Numbered from the stretch's first letter, positions 12,238 through 24,987 are shown. The stretch: 64,000 nucleotides of DNA from Planktothrix sp. GU0601_MAG3 (GCA_035193785.1 CP136572.1:768001-832000), one strand, 5' to 3'. Notes: generated by a model not told the origin, from the sequence alone. Numbers and translations: made by a program.

Positions 12238-12368
12238 GGGGTTTTCTATTCTAACTAAGAGTATTCAAACGAACTGAAAATTTATCCAGCATCTGCCAAG
12301 ATCAAATACTCATAATTGTCGAGGTTTAGATTTTAACCCGTGCCGGACTCTCAAGGATATTAAATTTT

Positions 12369-14160
12369 ATGAAAAAAATAAAAGTTGGGATTTTATATTC
12401 ATTGAGCGGAACCATGGCAATGAGCGCAACGCCATTGTTGGAAGCAACCTTAATGGCAATCTCAGAAATTAATGCTCAAGGCGGGATTTTAGGATATGAA
12501 ATTGAACCCGTGATTGAAGATGGCGCTTCCAATATTTCCATCTTTGAAGAAAAAGCTATAAAATTGTTAGGAATTGATCAAGTGGCTACGGTATTTGGCT
12601 GCTGGACATCGACGGCTCGTAAAGCAGTTAAACCGATATTTGAACAGTTTAATATTTTACTCTGGTATCCGGTTCAGTATGAAGGGTTAGAATCTTCTCC
12701 TAATATTTTTTATACGGGTTCCTGTTTAAATCAACAAATTCAACCGGTGATTAGTTGGTCACTCGAAAACCTAGGCAAACGATTTTATTTATTGGGTTCG
12801 GATTATGTATTTCCCCGCACGGCTAACAAATTAGTTAAATCCCTCCTGAAATACGAAGGTGGAAACCGTTGTCGGAGAACAATATTTTCCCTGTGGAGAT
12901 AAAAAATTTACTGATATTGTTGATCAAATTAAACAGATTAAACCCGATGTGGTTTTGAATACGTTAAATGGAGATAGCAATTTTTCCTTTTATAATGCCT
13001 ATTATGATGCAGGAATTGAAGCATCGGAAATACCGATTATGGCGATGAGTATTGCTGAATCAGAAGTTCAGGGAATTGGTAGAGCCAGTATCGGTCACTA
13101 TGCCTGCTGGAGTTATTTTCAAAGTTTAAATACCCCCCATAATCATAAATTTGTGAATAACTTTAAAGCCCTATATGGTCAAGAAAGAGTTACTTCTGAT
13201 CCCATTGAAGCCGCTTATTTTCAAGTTTATCTCTGGAAAAAATCCGTAGAAACTGCCAAAACTTTTGAAACCAATGCGGTGAGAAAAGCTGCTTATTGTC
13301 AAACCTTTTATGCCCCGGGGGGATTAGTTAAAATTGAACCAAATCATCATTTATGGAAAAACTGTTATATTGGCCGTGTTAACGAAATTAAACAGTTTGA
13401 AATTATTTGGAAAAATCCCGATTTAATTAAACCTTTACCCTGGTTAGGAGTAGAGGAATTAAAAAATTTCCCTCAAGCCGATTTAGTCATTGATATGTTA
13501 GCAGAGGTATCCCAAGGGATTCAACACAGTTGTTTATTAGAGCAAAATAGCCTGAGTTTAGAACTGACGATGCGAAAATTACAACTGGAAATTGAAGAAC
13601 GCCAACGGATTGAAATTGCCTTACAAGAGGTCAATAAAGAATTAAAATACATGGCAATTACCGATAGTTTAACTAAACTCTCGAATCGATATTGGTTTAA
13701 TGAATGTATCAAATCCTTATGGCATCAAAATCTACAGAATAAAACCCCCTTAACATTAATTTTATGTGATATTGATTATTTTAAAAATTATAATGACACA
13801 TACGGTCATCAAATGGGAGATTACTGTTTACAACAGGTGGCTCAAGCCATTAAGAAATCCGTGAGAAATAGTTGTGATATTGTCGCTCGTTATGGGGGTG
13901 AAGAATTTGCCGTAATTTTACCCCGCACCACCCTATTTGATGCCTCACAAGTCGCGACTAGAATTAATCAGGAAGTGCAACACCTTCAGATTCCCCATTC
14001 AAACTCTTTAGTTAATGATTATGTCACAGTTAGTTTAGGAGTTGCTAGTCAGATTCCCCTATTAAATTCTTCCCCGGAATCGTTGATTTCTGAATCCGAT
14101 AAGGCCCTTTATCAAGCTAAACATAACGGTAAAAATCAATGGTGTTTACATTATGTTTAA
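12369..14160 (+). CDS. UrtA/AmiC-like ligand-binding domain fused to a GGDEF diguanylate cyclase, split at ~12863
   Basis: [20 protein letters not shown] and YPVQYEGLE; then coiled coil, [14 protein letters not shown] and RYGGEEF. Confidence 0.9.
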
Positions 14161-14164
14161 GATT

Positions 14165-14332
14165 AGGGAAACAGGGAACAGGGAACAGGGAATAGGGAAT
14201 AGGGAATAGGGAATAGGCAATAGGGAATGGGGAATTACGAATTACGAATTACGAATTACGAATGGGGAATGGGGAATGGGGAATAGGGAATGGGGAATGG
14301 GGAATGGGGAATGGGGAATAGGGAATAGGGGA
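14165..14332. repeat. Mosaic STRR heptamer array
   Basis: Consecutive runs of GGGAACA, GGGAATA, ATTACGA and GGGGAAT between convergent genes. Confidence 0.9.
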
Positions 14333-14395
14333 TGTTTACTAGCTATAAAATCTTGTGATAATAACCGAAAAATAAATTACTATTCCCTATTTTAT

Positions 14396-15127
14396 TTAAG
14401 CCGAACGTCTTTCTAGCTGTAAGCATTGTTCCGATTGAATTGAATGAATCCAAAGTGGAATAAATGTTTTTAACCATTTTTCTCCTTGCATTCCATACAA
14501 ACGATGTCTTCTTAATTGTTCTATAATAGATTGGCTTCCGGGTAAAGTTAATTGTTCCATGTCCCGTTCAATCCAACGTTGCATTAATGCCCCAGTTATT
14601 TCGGGATGAAACTGAAGACCATAGGCGGTTTTTTCATAACAAAATGCTTGGTTTTTAAAGGTTTTTCCCGTAGCCAATAATACGGCTCCAGAGGGTAGTT
14701 CAAAGCCTTCTTTATGCCAGTGGTAAACATATTCCAAATCGGGAAAATAATCCTGTCCTTCTCTGGTTGGAGTAATAGGAAAATAGCCAATTTCTTGAAT
14801 TTCTTGGGGATGAACAGATACTTTTGCCCCTAAAACTTTGGCAAGGAGTTGCGCCCCCAAACAAATCCCTAAATAGGGTTTTTTCGACTCCAAAACTAAA
14901 GGAATCCAGTTGAGTTCTGTACGAATATGGGGTAAAATATTCTCATCATTGGCACTCATTGCCCCCCCAAAAACTATCACCCCATCATGTTTATCTAAAT
15001 GGCAAGGTAAACTATCCCCGTGACTGGGAAGGCGAATATCGAGTTGATAACCATAGGATGTTAGAATCTGTCCCACCCGTCCCGTCTCGGAAGTGGGTTG
15101 GTGAATAATCACGAGAATATGTTTCAT
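14396..15127 (-). CDS. Class I glutamine amidotransferase-like protein
   Basis: YLGICLGAQ nucleophile elbow and GLQFHPE. Confidence 0.9.
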   Translation of the reverse strand: MKHILVIIHQPTSETGRVGQILTSYGYQLDIRLPSHGDSLPCHLDKHDGVIVFGGAMSANDENILPHIRTELNWIPLVLESKKPYLGICLGAQLLAKVLGAKVSVHPQEIQEIGYFPITPTREGQDYFPDLEYVYHWHKEGFELPSGAVLLATGKTFKNQAFCYEKTAYGLQFHPEITGALMQRWIERDMEQLTLPGSQSIIEQLRRHRLYGMQGEKWLKTFIPLWIHSIQSEQCLQLERRSA

Positions 15128-15298
15128 GCGCCTAATGATTCCAATAAACTATTCAAACAAACCAGAAGTTAATCTATTATTAAACAATAAAACACTATGG
15201 GTATTTTAATATGGTTTTCCCAGATAATTGTTGTATTTTTTAATACATTTGAGTAAAAAAATAATGATTAATTCCCAGGAAAACTGTTAAAATCTTGA

Positions 15299-16850
15299 TT
15301 AACTCTTTAAGCTGACACCGCTTCGACGTTGATCTCCAGCCCCAAATAACTCTCCATCTGCGGTTCTAACCAAAGTATGAACCCCGCCAAAAAACATATT
15401 TTTTTCCGGCCATAATCTGATTATATCCTGTTCAAATCCATCAAGATTATTAATAATTTCAGGATCAAACCCAGGTTCTATATCCAAGCGATGATTTTCC
15501 CAATGGAATCGAGGGTTACTAACCGCATCTTCCACAGAAAACCGAAAATCAATTAAATTTAATAGGACTTGTAAAATAGCGGTTCTAATCCGATTTGAAC
15601 CGCCAGAACCCATCACCACTTCCGGTTTTCCCTGATTTAATACTAAAGTTGGAGACATCATTGAGGAGATTCTGACATTTTCCGGCCAGAGATGAAATCC
15701 CAGGGGGTTTAGGTCTTCTTCTCCTAACATATTATTAACCATAATTCCCGTTCCCGGGATCATATATCCCGAACCTTCTCCATTAGAAGTTGTGACACTC
15801 GCGGCATTTCCTTCTTGATCCAAAACACTAATATGGGTGGTACTTCCCCACTTATTCACCGGATGAATTAACGGTTGTTGATAACTAGATGCAGAAGATA
15901 AAAAAGTATCCGTAATATTATCTTGATATAAATTACCATCTAACCGATCTGTTCTAGCAATATTAGTTAACTGCATCACGGTTTTTAGAAGTTGTAAATA
16001 TTGGTGACTCCCAAACTCAATCTCACTCAAATTCACAGCCGATAACAACTCTAAAGCAAAAGCAATTAAGGTTTCCCCCCGCACTCGGAGGCGGATTTGT
16101 TAATATGGTTTTTCCCCGATAGTTTATTTTTAACGGTTCCCGTTCAATAACGCTATAATTCTGGAGATCTTCTAGGGTTAAATGTCCCCCCTGTTCTTGA
16201 CAGTCTTTAACTAACTTTTGAGCAATTTCTCCTTGATAAAATTCTGCCCTTCCCCCCGATACCAAACTCTCTAAAGTCTGGGCAAAGTTATTCATAATTA
16301 AGCGATCGCCAGTCTTTAAAATATCACCTTTAGGAGCATAAATTTCCCGTCCCTCCGCCGTAGTTAATAGAATAGGTTGTAACAAATTAGAGAAAGTATA
16401 AGCCTGAAAAGAATTAACTTCTAACCCCTTTTTTGCCAAAGCGATCGCCGGTTCCGCCACCACAGAAAAAGGCAAACGTCCTAGGGTTTTATGAACCCGA
16501 ATTACCCCCGCCCAAACCCCAGGAACCGCCATCGAACCCAAACCAATATGAAATTCCTGGATTATCCTACCAAAATTAACCCCAACCGGATAAAAATTTA
16601 ACTCCGATATCGGACATTTATATCGAGGAGTTTGAGTGAAAAAATCAAATAAAATATTCTGATTAGTATGAGTATGAGCCAATAAAAATCCCCCACCTGC
16701 GAGGGAAGTTAAACCCGGCTCCGTAACACAAGCCGCCAAAATACAAGCCACCGCCGCATCAAAAGCATTACCACCCGCTTCAAAGATTGCCAAACCCGCC
16801 GCCACGGTTTCTGGATGTCCGGCGGCAATTACCCCGTTTGTTTTCTTCAT
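15299..16850 (-). CDS. ggt: Gamma-glutamyltransferase, split at ~16072
   Basis: GGNAFDAAVA, GGGFLL, PPPSAGG, STTHISVLD (catalytic Thr), SSMMSPT and GSGGS. Confidence 0.9.
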
Positions 16851-17118
16851 ACTTTCTTAAATTTTCGAGGTCAACGATTCAGGATACAATAGATTTTCCA
16901 TCTAAAAAGTTTCAATTCCTCCAATTAAGCGTTTTTAGTATCAAGTTTTTCTTTGCGTACAAGTCAAACCCTCATTTTTTTGAAGTTAAACTTGTTACTG
17001 GACATAGAATTCCTAGCTAAAGAATTTTTAAGTTTTGGATGAGGAACTTCTTACCCGTAAAATAATTCAAGATAACTAAGCACTTTCACCTGCTCCTGTG
17101 GCATCAAAACCTTTGAAT

Positions 17119-17610
17119 ATGATGGATTCTTTGCGTACCTTACAATTCATGCCTCGACACCCCCTTACTCGTGCTGTGCTAGTGGGACTATTCTCCTGGG
17201 GCGCGGTTATGTTGGGAGTTGTCCCAGATGTTTCATTATCAAAAGCTTCTGGTTTCAATACCGTTGTTCTAGCTCAACAGTCCCCAGAATTTAGCGAGGC
17301 TGAAATTAGGAATTATGCCCGTGCGGTTTTAGGAATTGAACCCAGACGCAAGACTGCATACAACGAAATTCAAGCGGCATTCGGGGCGGGAAAATCTGTT
17401 CCCGATGTGGTTTGCAGTGAAACCCAAAGCATTAATGACCTTGATAAAAATGTTCGAGACATTGCAGTAAATTACTGCACCCAAGCTAAATCCATTATTG
17501 AAACCAACGAGTTAACCATTACTCGTTTCAATGAAATTACCCAACGTCAAAAAGCTGACCCCGCCTTACAAAAACTTATTCAAGGGGAACTCCAGCGTCT
17601 GCAAAACTAA
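17119..17610 (+). CDS. DUF4168-like secreted protein
   Basis: Signal region; EIRNYARAVLGIEPRR...YC..A..IIE.N.LT..RFN pattern. Confidence 0.75.
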   Translation: MMDSLRTLQFMPRHPLTRAVLVGLFSWGAVMLGVVPDVSLSKASGFNTVVLAQQSPEFSEAEIRNYARAVLGIEPRRKTAYNEIQAAFGAGKSVPDVVCSETQSINDLDKNVRDIAVNYCTQAKSIIETNELTITRFNEITQRQKADPALQKLIQGELQRLQN

Positions 17611-17654
17611 TCTAAGATTTTCTCAAACTTAACTCTATATATGATGAACCTGCT

Positions 17655-18138
17655 ATGAAAACTACATTACTATTTCGTCAAATTCTATCAAAATCCTTAA
17701 CCGTTGCGATTTTATCTGGTTGTGGTGTTTTTATTGGATGGAGTCAAAACCCCTCCCAAGGGTTTCCGGTTTTGACTTGGGGTTCGCCCGCCCAGGCTCA
17801 AGATAGTTTTAATTATAGTGAAGAAACGATTAGAAATTATGCTAAAGCGGCTTTGGCGTTAGAGTCCCGACGCCATGAAGTAGCAAATGAAATTAAAAAA
17901 ATTGTTGGAGATGTTCCCCGAATTATTTGTGACCAACCCACCAGTTTTAATACCTTACCTGGGAAACGCGCCTAAATTAGCCGTTAGTTATTGTGACCAA
18001 GCAAAACGCATTATTGAATCAAAGGGATTAACGATTTCTCAGTTCAATAATATGACCCGTCATCAACAAAATGATCCCCGTTTTAGGCAACGAATTCAAG
18101 CGGAAATTTTAAAGTTATTACAATCAGGCGGAAACTAA
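17655..18138 (+). CDS. DUF4168-like secreted protein, tandem paralogue, split at ~17964
   Basis: TIRNYAKAALALESRR...AVSYCDQAKRIIE; aligns with the upstream gene. Confidence 0.75.
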
Positions 18139-18139
18139 T

Positions 18140-18247
18140 CGTTGTTGCGCTTCAGCACATCAAGAGGGGCTAGAGCAACGACAACGAAACCTTTTATTTT
18201 GTTGTTGCGCTTCAGCGCATCCAGAAGGGCTAGAGCAACGACAACGA
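18140..18247. repeat. Two REP-like units
   Basis: GTTGTTGCGCTTCAGC...GGGCTAGAGCAACGACAACGA twice; related units near 1840 and 7370-7575. Confidence 0.7.
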
Positions 18248-18324
18248 TTTTTTTTAAGATTAATTATAGATACCTAATTACATTAAAATATAGGATGTCT
18301 ATAATAATTTCAAGGATTAAATCA

Positions 18325-18783
18325 ATGACGGAATCGTTTATTAAGTTGGAACAGGATAACGATATTGTAATGTTGGGTAAGGATACATTTACGGTATCGA
18401 GGTTGAAAGAGTTGATGACTGAGAATATGAAGGTTAGACTTTTCTCTGGTCATCCAGAATTATCTGGCCATTCTTTACCTGTTGTATTATGCAAAAATTT
18501 AGAAATAACAGATAAATCAATACAACTGAAATTAAATGAATTTAGATTAGTATTTCCGCCCAACGGAATAGATGGTCAGTTACTTCAGTTAATTTCTGGG
18601 CAGTGGATTTCAGGTAAAATTCGCTTTCAAGTTGATGCAAATAATCAAGGACATATCGTGAATACTGAATTAGAATTTGCTGCTGATGAAATAATACCTA
18701 ACGAAGAAGAACAGAAAAACATTAATTATGATAACAGTTTAGATAAAATTAGAGCAGAATTAAACGAAATGAAAGCTATTTAA
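18325..18783 (+). CDS. KGK-domain-like protein
   Basis: GIDGQLLQL..GQWISGKIR and C-terminal SLDKIR. Confidence 0.7.
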   Translation: MTESFIKLEQDNDIVMLGKDTFTVSRLKELMTENMKVRLFSGHPELSGHSLPVVLCKNLEITDKSIQLKLNEFRLVFPPNGIDGQLLQLISGQWISGKIRFQVDANNQGHIVNTELEFAADEIIPNEEEQKNINYDNSLDKIRAELNEMKAI

Positions 18784-18846
18784 TTTTGGGTTTGGTATTG
18801 TTTATTAGTGTTAAATTAAGTCTAAAATCTCGGTTTTTATCCTAGA

Positions 18847-19058
18847 CTAGATCCCCCCTAACCCCCCTTATTAAGGGGGGATAAGAGCTTCAAATTCCCA
18901 CTTTTTAAGGGGGATTTAGGGGGATCAGAGCTTCAAATTCCCACTTTTTAAGGGGGATTTAGGGGGATCAGAGCTTCAAAGTCCCCCTTTTTAAGGGGGA
19001 TTTAGGGGGATCAGAGCTTCAAAGTCCCCCTTTTTAAGGGGGATTTAGGGGGATCTAG
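18847..19058. repeat. Four tandem 43-bp small dispersed repeats
   Basis: AGAGCTTCAAA(T/G)TCCC(A/C)CTTTTTAAGGGGGATTTAGGGGGATC at 18884, 18927, 18970 and 19013, preceded by an inverted CTAGATCCCCCCTAA unit. Confidence 0.9.
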
Positions 19059-19185
19059 GGCTAGGATACCCCCACCGTATAAACTCTTGAGTATGTCAAT
19101 AAAATTCAGTCGTAGACAAGCAAAAACCTCTCAAATCCTTTAAAATCAGGTAGAATTTATTCAGTGTGCCGAAGGGGATGAGATC

Positions 19186-20010
19186 ATGAATATTGAATTC
19201 AACGATAAAGCAGATATAGATGTTTTTGGGTTGATGAAACATAACGTGATGTTTGATCAACTCCCCGCAGAAGTTCAACAGTGGGCAGAAAGTTTACCTT
19301 GGAATCAACGTCGTTATGTTCTCTCCCTGTGCTATATTTTATGTGCATCTTCCCCAGAAAAACAAGCAGAATTTTTAGATGAATATACCGCCGATGGTTT
19401 AATGGCGAAGATGTTAGAAGATATTGATACCCTGCAAAGAGTCAAACAATATCTCAATGGTTTTCAAATAAAAGCCCCCTTAAATGAATCGGTTTTACGA
19501 GAGTATATTAGACAATTCTATATTCATTCTGCCCAGGATGCTCGATGCCAACCCAGTCAATATTTAGAGTCTGCTTTAAAATTAGCATTAAGCCCAAAAG
19601 ACAAAGATAATGTTTTTAATTATATTATCGGATTTGAAATGATCAAACTCCTATTTCAAATGAGTTGGGTACAACATGAACGACTATCCCGCCTACAAAC
19701 CAATCAAGACTATTTTATTAAAAATTATATCAAACCGATTCAACACGCCCATAAAGTGAATGGAATTATTGTTCCTAAAGATGAGCGGGTATTTTTTGCC
19801 AAACGGGATTTTTATGTACAAAAACCCGAAATAAAATCGAGGAAATTAATTGAATTAGTCATGGCAACCTTTACCACTATCCAGGTTATTGCTTGTGGAT
19901 TCTCCCTGACTCGTCATAGTCGAGCCTTCGATTTTGATTATGACTATATTTTCAACTCCAATGAACCCGATAGCATTTTTCCTTGGGGTTCGGAATCCAT
20001 GATAGGATAG
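19186..20010 (+). CDS. Conserved cyanobacterial hypothetical protein
   Basis: Uninterrupted 274-aa ORF with RBS-like GGGGATG upstream; no catalytic motif recognised. Confidence 0.7.
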   Translation: MNIEFNDKADIDVFGLMKHNVMFDQLPAEVQQWAESLPWNQRRYVLSLCYILCASSPEKQAEFLDEYTADGLMAKMLEDIDTLQRVKQYLNGFQIKAPLNESVLREYIRQFYIHSAQDARCQPSQYLESALKLALSPKDKDNVFNYIIGFEMIKLLFQMSWVQHERLSRLQTNQDYFIKNYIKPIQHAHKVNGIIVPKDERVFFAKRDFYVQKPEIKSRKLIELVMATFTTIQVIACGFSLTRHSRAFDFDYDYIFNSNEPDSIFPWGSESMIG

Positions 20011-20189
20011 AGATAGAGAATGGGAATTATTTTCTAACAACCCAGATCCAATTATTAGCAAACAGTTGATCAACTCTTTTCTAATAACTCTTACCCTGAT
20101 AACTTGTACGGGCGGGTTTTGTGATATTTTTGTTAATCACCTAAATCTCGATGAACCCGCCCCGACTACTGATTACTGATAACTGTACT

Positions 20190-21342
20190 ATGCTTTTATC
20201 CAAAGGTTTTGAAGTAGAAATGTATACCGGAACTCCCCAAGGTGAAGTGGTGGGACTGTCGGATAAAATTGTAGCCGATTTAGAGGGATTTGTCCGCGAA
20301 CCCGATAGTCGCAATGTCGAGTATACAACCGCCCCCCTGTGTAATTATGAGCGATTATTGTGTGCCTTAGTTAGACCGCGGCGGGAACTGCGAAAATATT
20401 TACAAAAGTTGGGGGACTATACGATCATCCCCGGAAGTACCCTACCCCTGGGCGGTACGGAGAAATTTTATCGCTCCGATCCGCAAAATCCCTACCATGA
20501 TTATATTGAACAAACCTATGGTACGGATGTAGTCACGGCCAGTATTCATATCAATGTGGGTATTGCTGACCTCGAACAGTTAATGCGGGCTATTCGTTTA
20601 GTGCGGGTGGAAGCTCCTTTATATTTAGCGATGAGTGCTTCCTCTCCCTTTTTGGGTGGCAAAGTGACCGGGCATCATTCCACCCGTTGGCATCTATTCC
20701 CCAAAACCCCGGCTTTTGTCCCCTTGTTTGAAAGCCATCGCCATTTTATTGACTGGACAGAAACCCAACTGCAACAAAAAACCATGCAGAATGTTCGCCA
20801 CCTATGGTCATCGGTACGACCCAATGGCGATCGCCGTCCCTATAATTTAAACCGTCTGGAAACTGAGAATTTGTGATTTGATGGTTAACCCCATCGCCCT
20901 GTTAGCGATCACAGCATTATTAGAAGCTCGGATCTGGCAAATGCTGGAAAATCCCGATCTTGATCCGTTGCTACGGAGTCAACTACCAGAAAATAGCCGA
21001 GCCCAGGATTTAGTCGAAATTTCAGATCAAAATGAAATTCTAGCGGCCCACCAGAGTTTGGACGCCCAACTGCGTCATTGGAAAGATGGTAGCCTAATTT
21101 CCGCTAGAGATTGGATTGAACAAATTTATGAGGAAGTTTGGCCCATTGCCAAAAAACACGGGTTTAGTTGCTTTCTGTCTCCGGTGAAAAAGCTACTGCG
21201 AGAAGGGTCTACCGCCCAACAGTGGTTAAGGCTGTCGGAACAGGGCCACGATCCTCGCTGGATTATTCAGCAGGCCATTCAGGAGATGGCAACCCAGGAA
21301 AAAGAGTTTGAAGATCAAATTTGTCAACCCCTGATAGCCTGA
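20190..21342 (+). CDS. gshA: Glutamate-cysteine ligase (cyanobacterial type), split at ~20860
   Basis: MLLSKGFEVEMYTG, REPDSRNVEY, ASIHIN; RLELRICD after repair. Confidence 0.88.
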
Positions 21343-21477
21343 AAATTGGCCGATTATTAGATGAGAATATCTTATCAATAAATTTCTTTACAAAGTATAA
21401 AGAAAAACTATAGATTTGTAACTCATTGGCCGGGTTGCTCCGACCCCAAAACCCTTGTTTTTCTGTATAAATGTCCC

Positions 21478-21939
21478 ATGCCCCACGTTGTCTTAGTTCA
21501 GCCACAAATCCCTCCCAATACCGGAAATATCGCCCGTACCTGTGCAGCAACCTGTACGGAATTACATCTAGTCGGGCCATTGGGATTTGAAATTAGCGAT
21601 CGCTACCTCAAACGAGCCGGATTAGATTATTGGCCCTACGTTAAACTCACCCACCACCCGGATTTCTCCAGCTTTCAAAGCCATCATCAACAACGGGGTG
21701 GCCGTTTGCTGGGGTTTAGTACCAAGGGGGCTTCTAACTATGTCCAGTTCCAGTTTCAAGATTCCGACTGGTTGCTCTTTGGCAGTGAAACCACGGGACT
21801 TTCCCCCGATGTATTGGAGACTTGCACCGCAACAATATATATTCCCATGGCTGAAGCCGGAGTCAGAAGTTTAAATCTCTCCGTGAGTGTTGCCGCCAGT
21901 TTATTTGAGGCACGTCGCCAACTCGGTTATTTAGGGTGA
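21478..21939 (+). CDS. trmL: tRNA (cytidine34-2'-O)-methyltransferase
   Basis: PQIPPNTGNIARTC, RAGLDYW, FGSETTGL and RSLNLS (SPOUT family). Confidence 0.93.
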   Translation: MPHVVLVQPQIPPNTGNIARTCAATCTELHLVGPLGFEISDRYLKRAGLDYWPYVKLTHHPDFSSFQSHHQQRGGRLLGFSTKGASNYVQFQFQDSDWLLFGSETTGLSPDVLETCTATIYIPMAEAGVRSLNLSVSVAASLFEARRQLGYLG

Positions 21940-22485
21940 AGCCCATCCCTCAAACCTTGATATTGTGTTAATCCCAAAATCTCCCCCAATTAGATAACTT
22001 TTTTTTATAAATGACCGGATTCAATTGTCCCCCGATGGTGATAGATTTTATTCATCTAAACGGGGGGGGTTTTTCTGTTTCAAAAAAAGCCAGAACCCTT
22101 GACTGGCATAGATTTAAACATCTTATTTATCGATTTTGACCCATCTTGCCCACCGATCCCCAGAAATTCACAGCCCCAGATCAGGTGTTGTATTTCTGGT
22201 CGGAACTGGTGTAAATTCTCATCTGAACTCTGGTGACAGAATTCACTTACATTTTAAATATCCTCGACCCTCAAGGGTTATTGTTTATCTATCCTTAGTT
22301 TTCAGGGTTCCTATTTTGATCTAACTTCGGCTTTTCTTGCCGAAATTGAAAAATCAAGGTAATCTGACTTAATCAAGATTATCTTCAGTGATTTCAGTCG
22401 ATAATTAATGTGATTAATTTCACTGATATGAGGTTCTTGAGCGGTTCGAGGACAGTCAGCACGCTTCTCCATAGGAGGTCGTTCT

Positions 22486-24643
22486 TTGAAAGGAACAGTT
22501 CCAAATCATGATCAACCTGTTGTTATGCCTAATTTAGATTCCAATTTAGATCAGACTGCAACAGGCCAGACCAAACAACAGGTCGCATACCCTGGCAGTC
22601 ATAAGGTTTATACCTCCGTCGCATTTCTCGGTTTGGCCGTCGCTTCGGGCATCCTCATGCCTAAAACGAATGATCGAGTCATGGCAACGGAGTTATCCAA
22701 TCCCGAGTCCAATCCGGCGATGCACTCACCTGCACCGATGGCAGCATCGGCTCCAACGGTGGAAAATTCCACATCTAGGGGACAAGCATCCCAAGCAGAT
22801 TGGCAGCCATCTTTATTGCGAAGCCTTTCCAGTCTGAATACAGATGAGAAAGCGACAAATAACCAAAGTGAATCTAGGGATTTAGGGTTAAAAAAACCGG
22901 ATAAGACTAGCGTAGAAGCATTTTCTACACCAGGGTCTCGGCCAAGTGTTAACTCGGAATCGTTACCTGAATCAGCTACCCTGCCGGAATCTACCCCCGG
23001 ATTCAATCAGCAGATTCCTCCTTCTGGGGTTGAAGCCTCGGCAACTCAGGAAATCCTACAGCCATCGGTGGATAGCTCAGGCTCTCCAACTCGCCCTAAT
23101 CAGCAGTGGGAGGCAACCAATGGGGTTTCTAACTCGGTTCATCTTAATTCTTTAGAGACTCTCTCTCAAGGGGGATCTGGAGCATTTGTGCTTCCGAATG
23201 ATCAACCCTACCCAACCGTCTCGGAAGTTTATCAGGTCGGTTCAGGTGATACCTTAGCTCGAATTGCTAAACGGCATAATGTTTCAGTAGATGCCATTAT
23301 CAGGGCAAATCAGCTAACTGATCCTAATGTTCTGAGTGTCAATCAGAGTCTAAAAATTCCTAAGCAACTGGCGAGTAGTTTTTCTAATAGTTTGCCCTCT
23401 GTTGCAACGAATCCATGGCAAGACCCTGAGATTCGTCGAGATGCTAACCCCTCTGCACAACAAGCTGCTGCCACAACAGACTTGGGCTTTTCAGGAGGGA
23501 GATTACCTCAATCCGTGCTTCCGGCAGTTTCTTCCCTCGGAATTCAGAAGTGCCGATTCAGTAGTTGCCGATCTTCCAGGGGAAGATATTACTGATCTGA
23601 GTTCGATTCCCACCCATAGCACTTTAAATCAACTTTCCCTGAACCAACTGGCAAACCGTACTATGAATGCGGTCGATGCTTCTACTCCCATAGCAGCAGC
23701 AGCCGTGGCGATTCCAGTTGATTCAAAATTTTCTTCCCTGTCCGAACAGGAGGCGGTTCAAGAGGTTTCGGTTCGCAAATCAGAAGCCGCCAACAAATTG
23801 TACAGTGATCGCCTGAGATCTGAAGTAGAACGACTGCGCGAGGAGTATCAGGTTCAGAGTGACTATCAGTTGACCAGCGTATCCCTAGAACAAAATGAAC
23901 AGCCCCAGGCTGAGGTTTTGACCTCTAAGAGAAAGGCTTCCGCACATCGTCAAAAACTGATTAATCCTGAGTTTAATCCTCAAGCCTATGCTCCAGAAAA
24001 GGCTAGTCAAGCCGAACAGAACTTGGCCTCGGAACAGTTAGCTCAATTGTCTCCCAATGGCGTGACGTCTCCGGCCGCTCAACTCCAGCCTGCATCCAGA
24101 CGTTCGGTAGTTGCTACTGCCCCCGTTGGTTCTAGGGCTTATGATCCTTTAAGCAATCCGGCTTTGGGTCAGATGGTTTCCCCGCAGTTACCCCCCCTCT
24201 CTGGGCCAGATGTTTATTTACCGAGTGGGTCTATGCGCTTTAATGGCTATATTTGGCCATCATCGGGGGTTCTGAGTTCCGGCTATGGCTGGCGCTGGGG
24301 ACGGATGCACCGGGGAATTGATATTGCTGGGCCGATTGGAACTCCAATTGTCGCCGCCGCTCCGGGGGTAATTTCCTATGCCGGATGGAATGATGGTGGT
24401 TACGGCAATTTAGTCGAAATTGAACATCCCGACGGCAGTTTAACGGTTTACGCCCATAATGATCGCATCTTGGTCAACGAAGGCCAAAAAGTAGCCCAAG
24501 GCGATCAAATTGCGGAAATGGGAACCACCGGTCGCAGTACCGGGCCCCATTTGCACTTTGAAGTCCATCCTAGTGGCCAAGGTGCAGTCAACCCAATCGC
24601 CGTCCTACCTCCAGAAAGTTCTACGGTATCCCAAAATTATTAG
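22486..24643 (+). CDS. LysM + M23 peptidase (NlpD-like), split at ~23528
   Basis: LysM YQVGSGDTLARIA...LKIP; M23 motifs HRGID, YAH and STGPHLHFE; GGAGG RBS before a TTG start. Confidence 0.88.
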
Positions 24644-24645
24644 GG

Positions 24646-24843
24646 TGTTCAGGTGTTGGAATTGAGGTGTTGAGCTTGAGGTGTTGAGCTTGAGGTGTTG
24701 GAATTGAGGTGTTGAGGCTTGGATACTAAGTGAACATATCAACCCCCCTGCCTCCCCCGCCTCCCCTGCTCCCCCTGCCTCCCCTGCCTCCCCTGCCTCC
24801 CCTGCCCCTGCTCCCCCCGCCTCCCCCGCCCCCGCTCCCCCTG
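24646..24843. repeat. 14-bp TTGAGGTGTTG tandem repeat followed by a CCCCTGCCT 9-mer array
   Basis: Directly visible tandem units. Confidence 0.85.
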
Positions 24844-24914
24844 AAAAAACTTTAAACAGGGGGTTGACCTTTGGGAAAGAGTTGTGTTAACCTAGTAAAC
24901 TGTGAATCGAATAA

Positions 24915-24987
24915 GGCTCAGTAGCTCAGTGGTTAGAGCAGGGGACTCATAAGCCCAAGGTCGCAGGTTCAAATCCCGCCTGAGCCA
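24915..24987 (+). tRNA. tRNA-Met(CAT), elongator type; CCA not encoded
   Basis: GGCTCAG/CTGAGCC acceptor stem, TAGCTCAGTGGTTAGAGC D arm, CTCATAA anticodon loop, GGTTCAAATCC T arm; TTGACC -35-like box upstream. Confidence 0.93.

Noticed and set aside
18884..19055. Possible CRISPR array
   Set aside because: Contiguous 43-bp units without spacers; typical cyanobacterial small dispersed repeat
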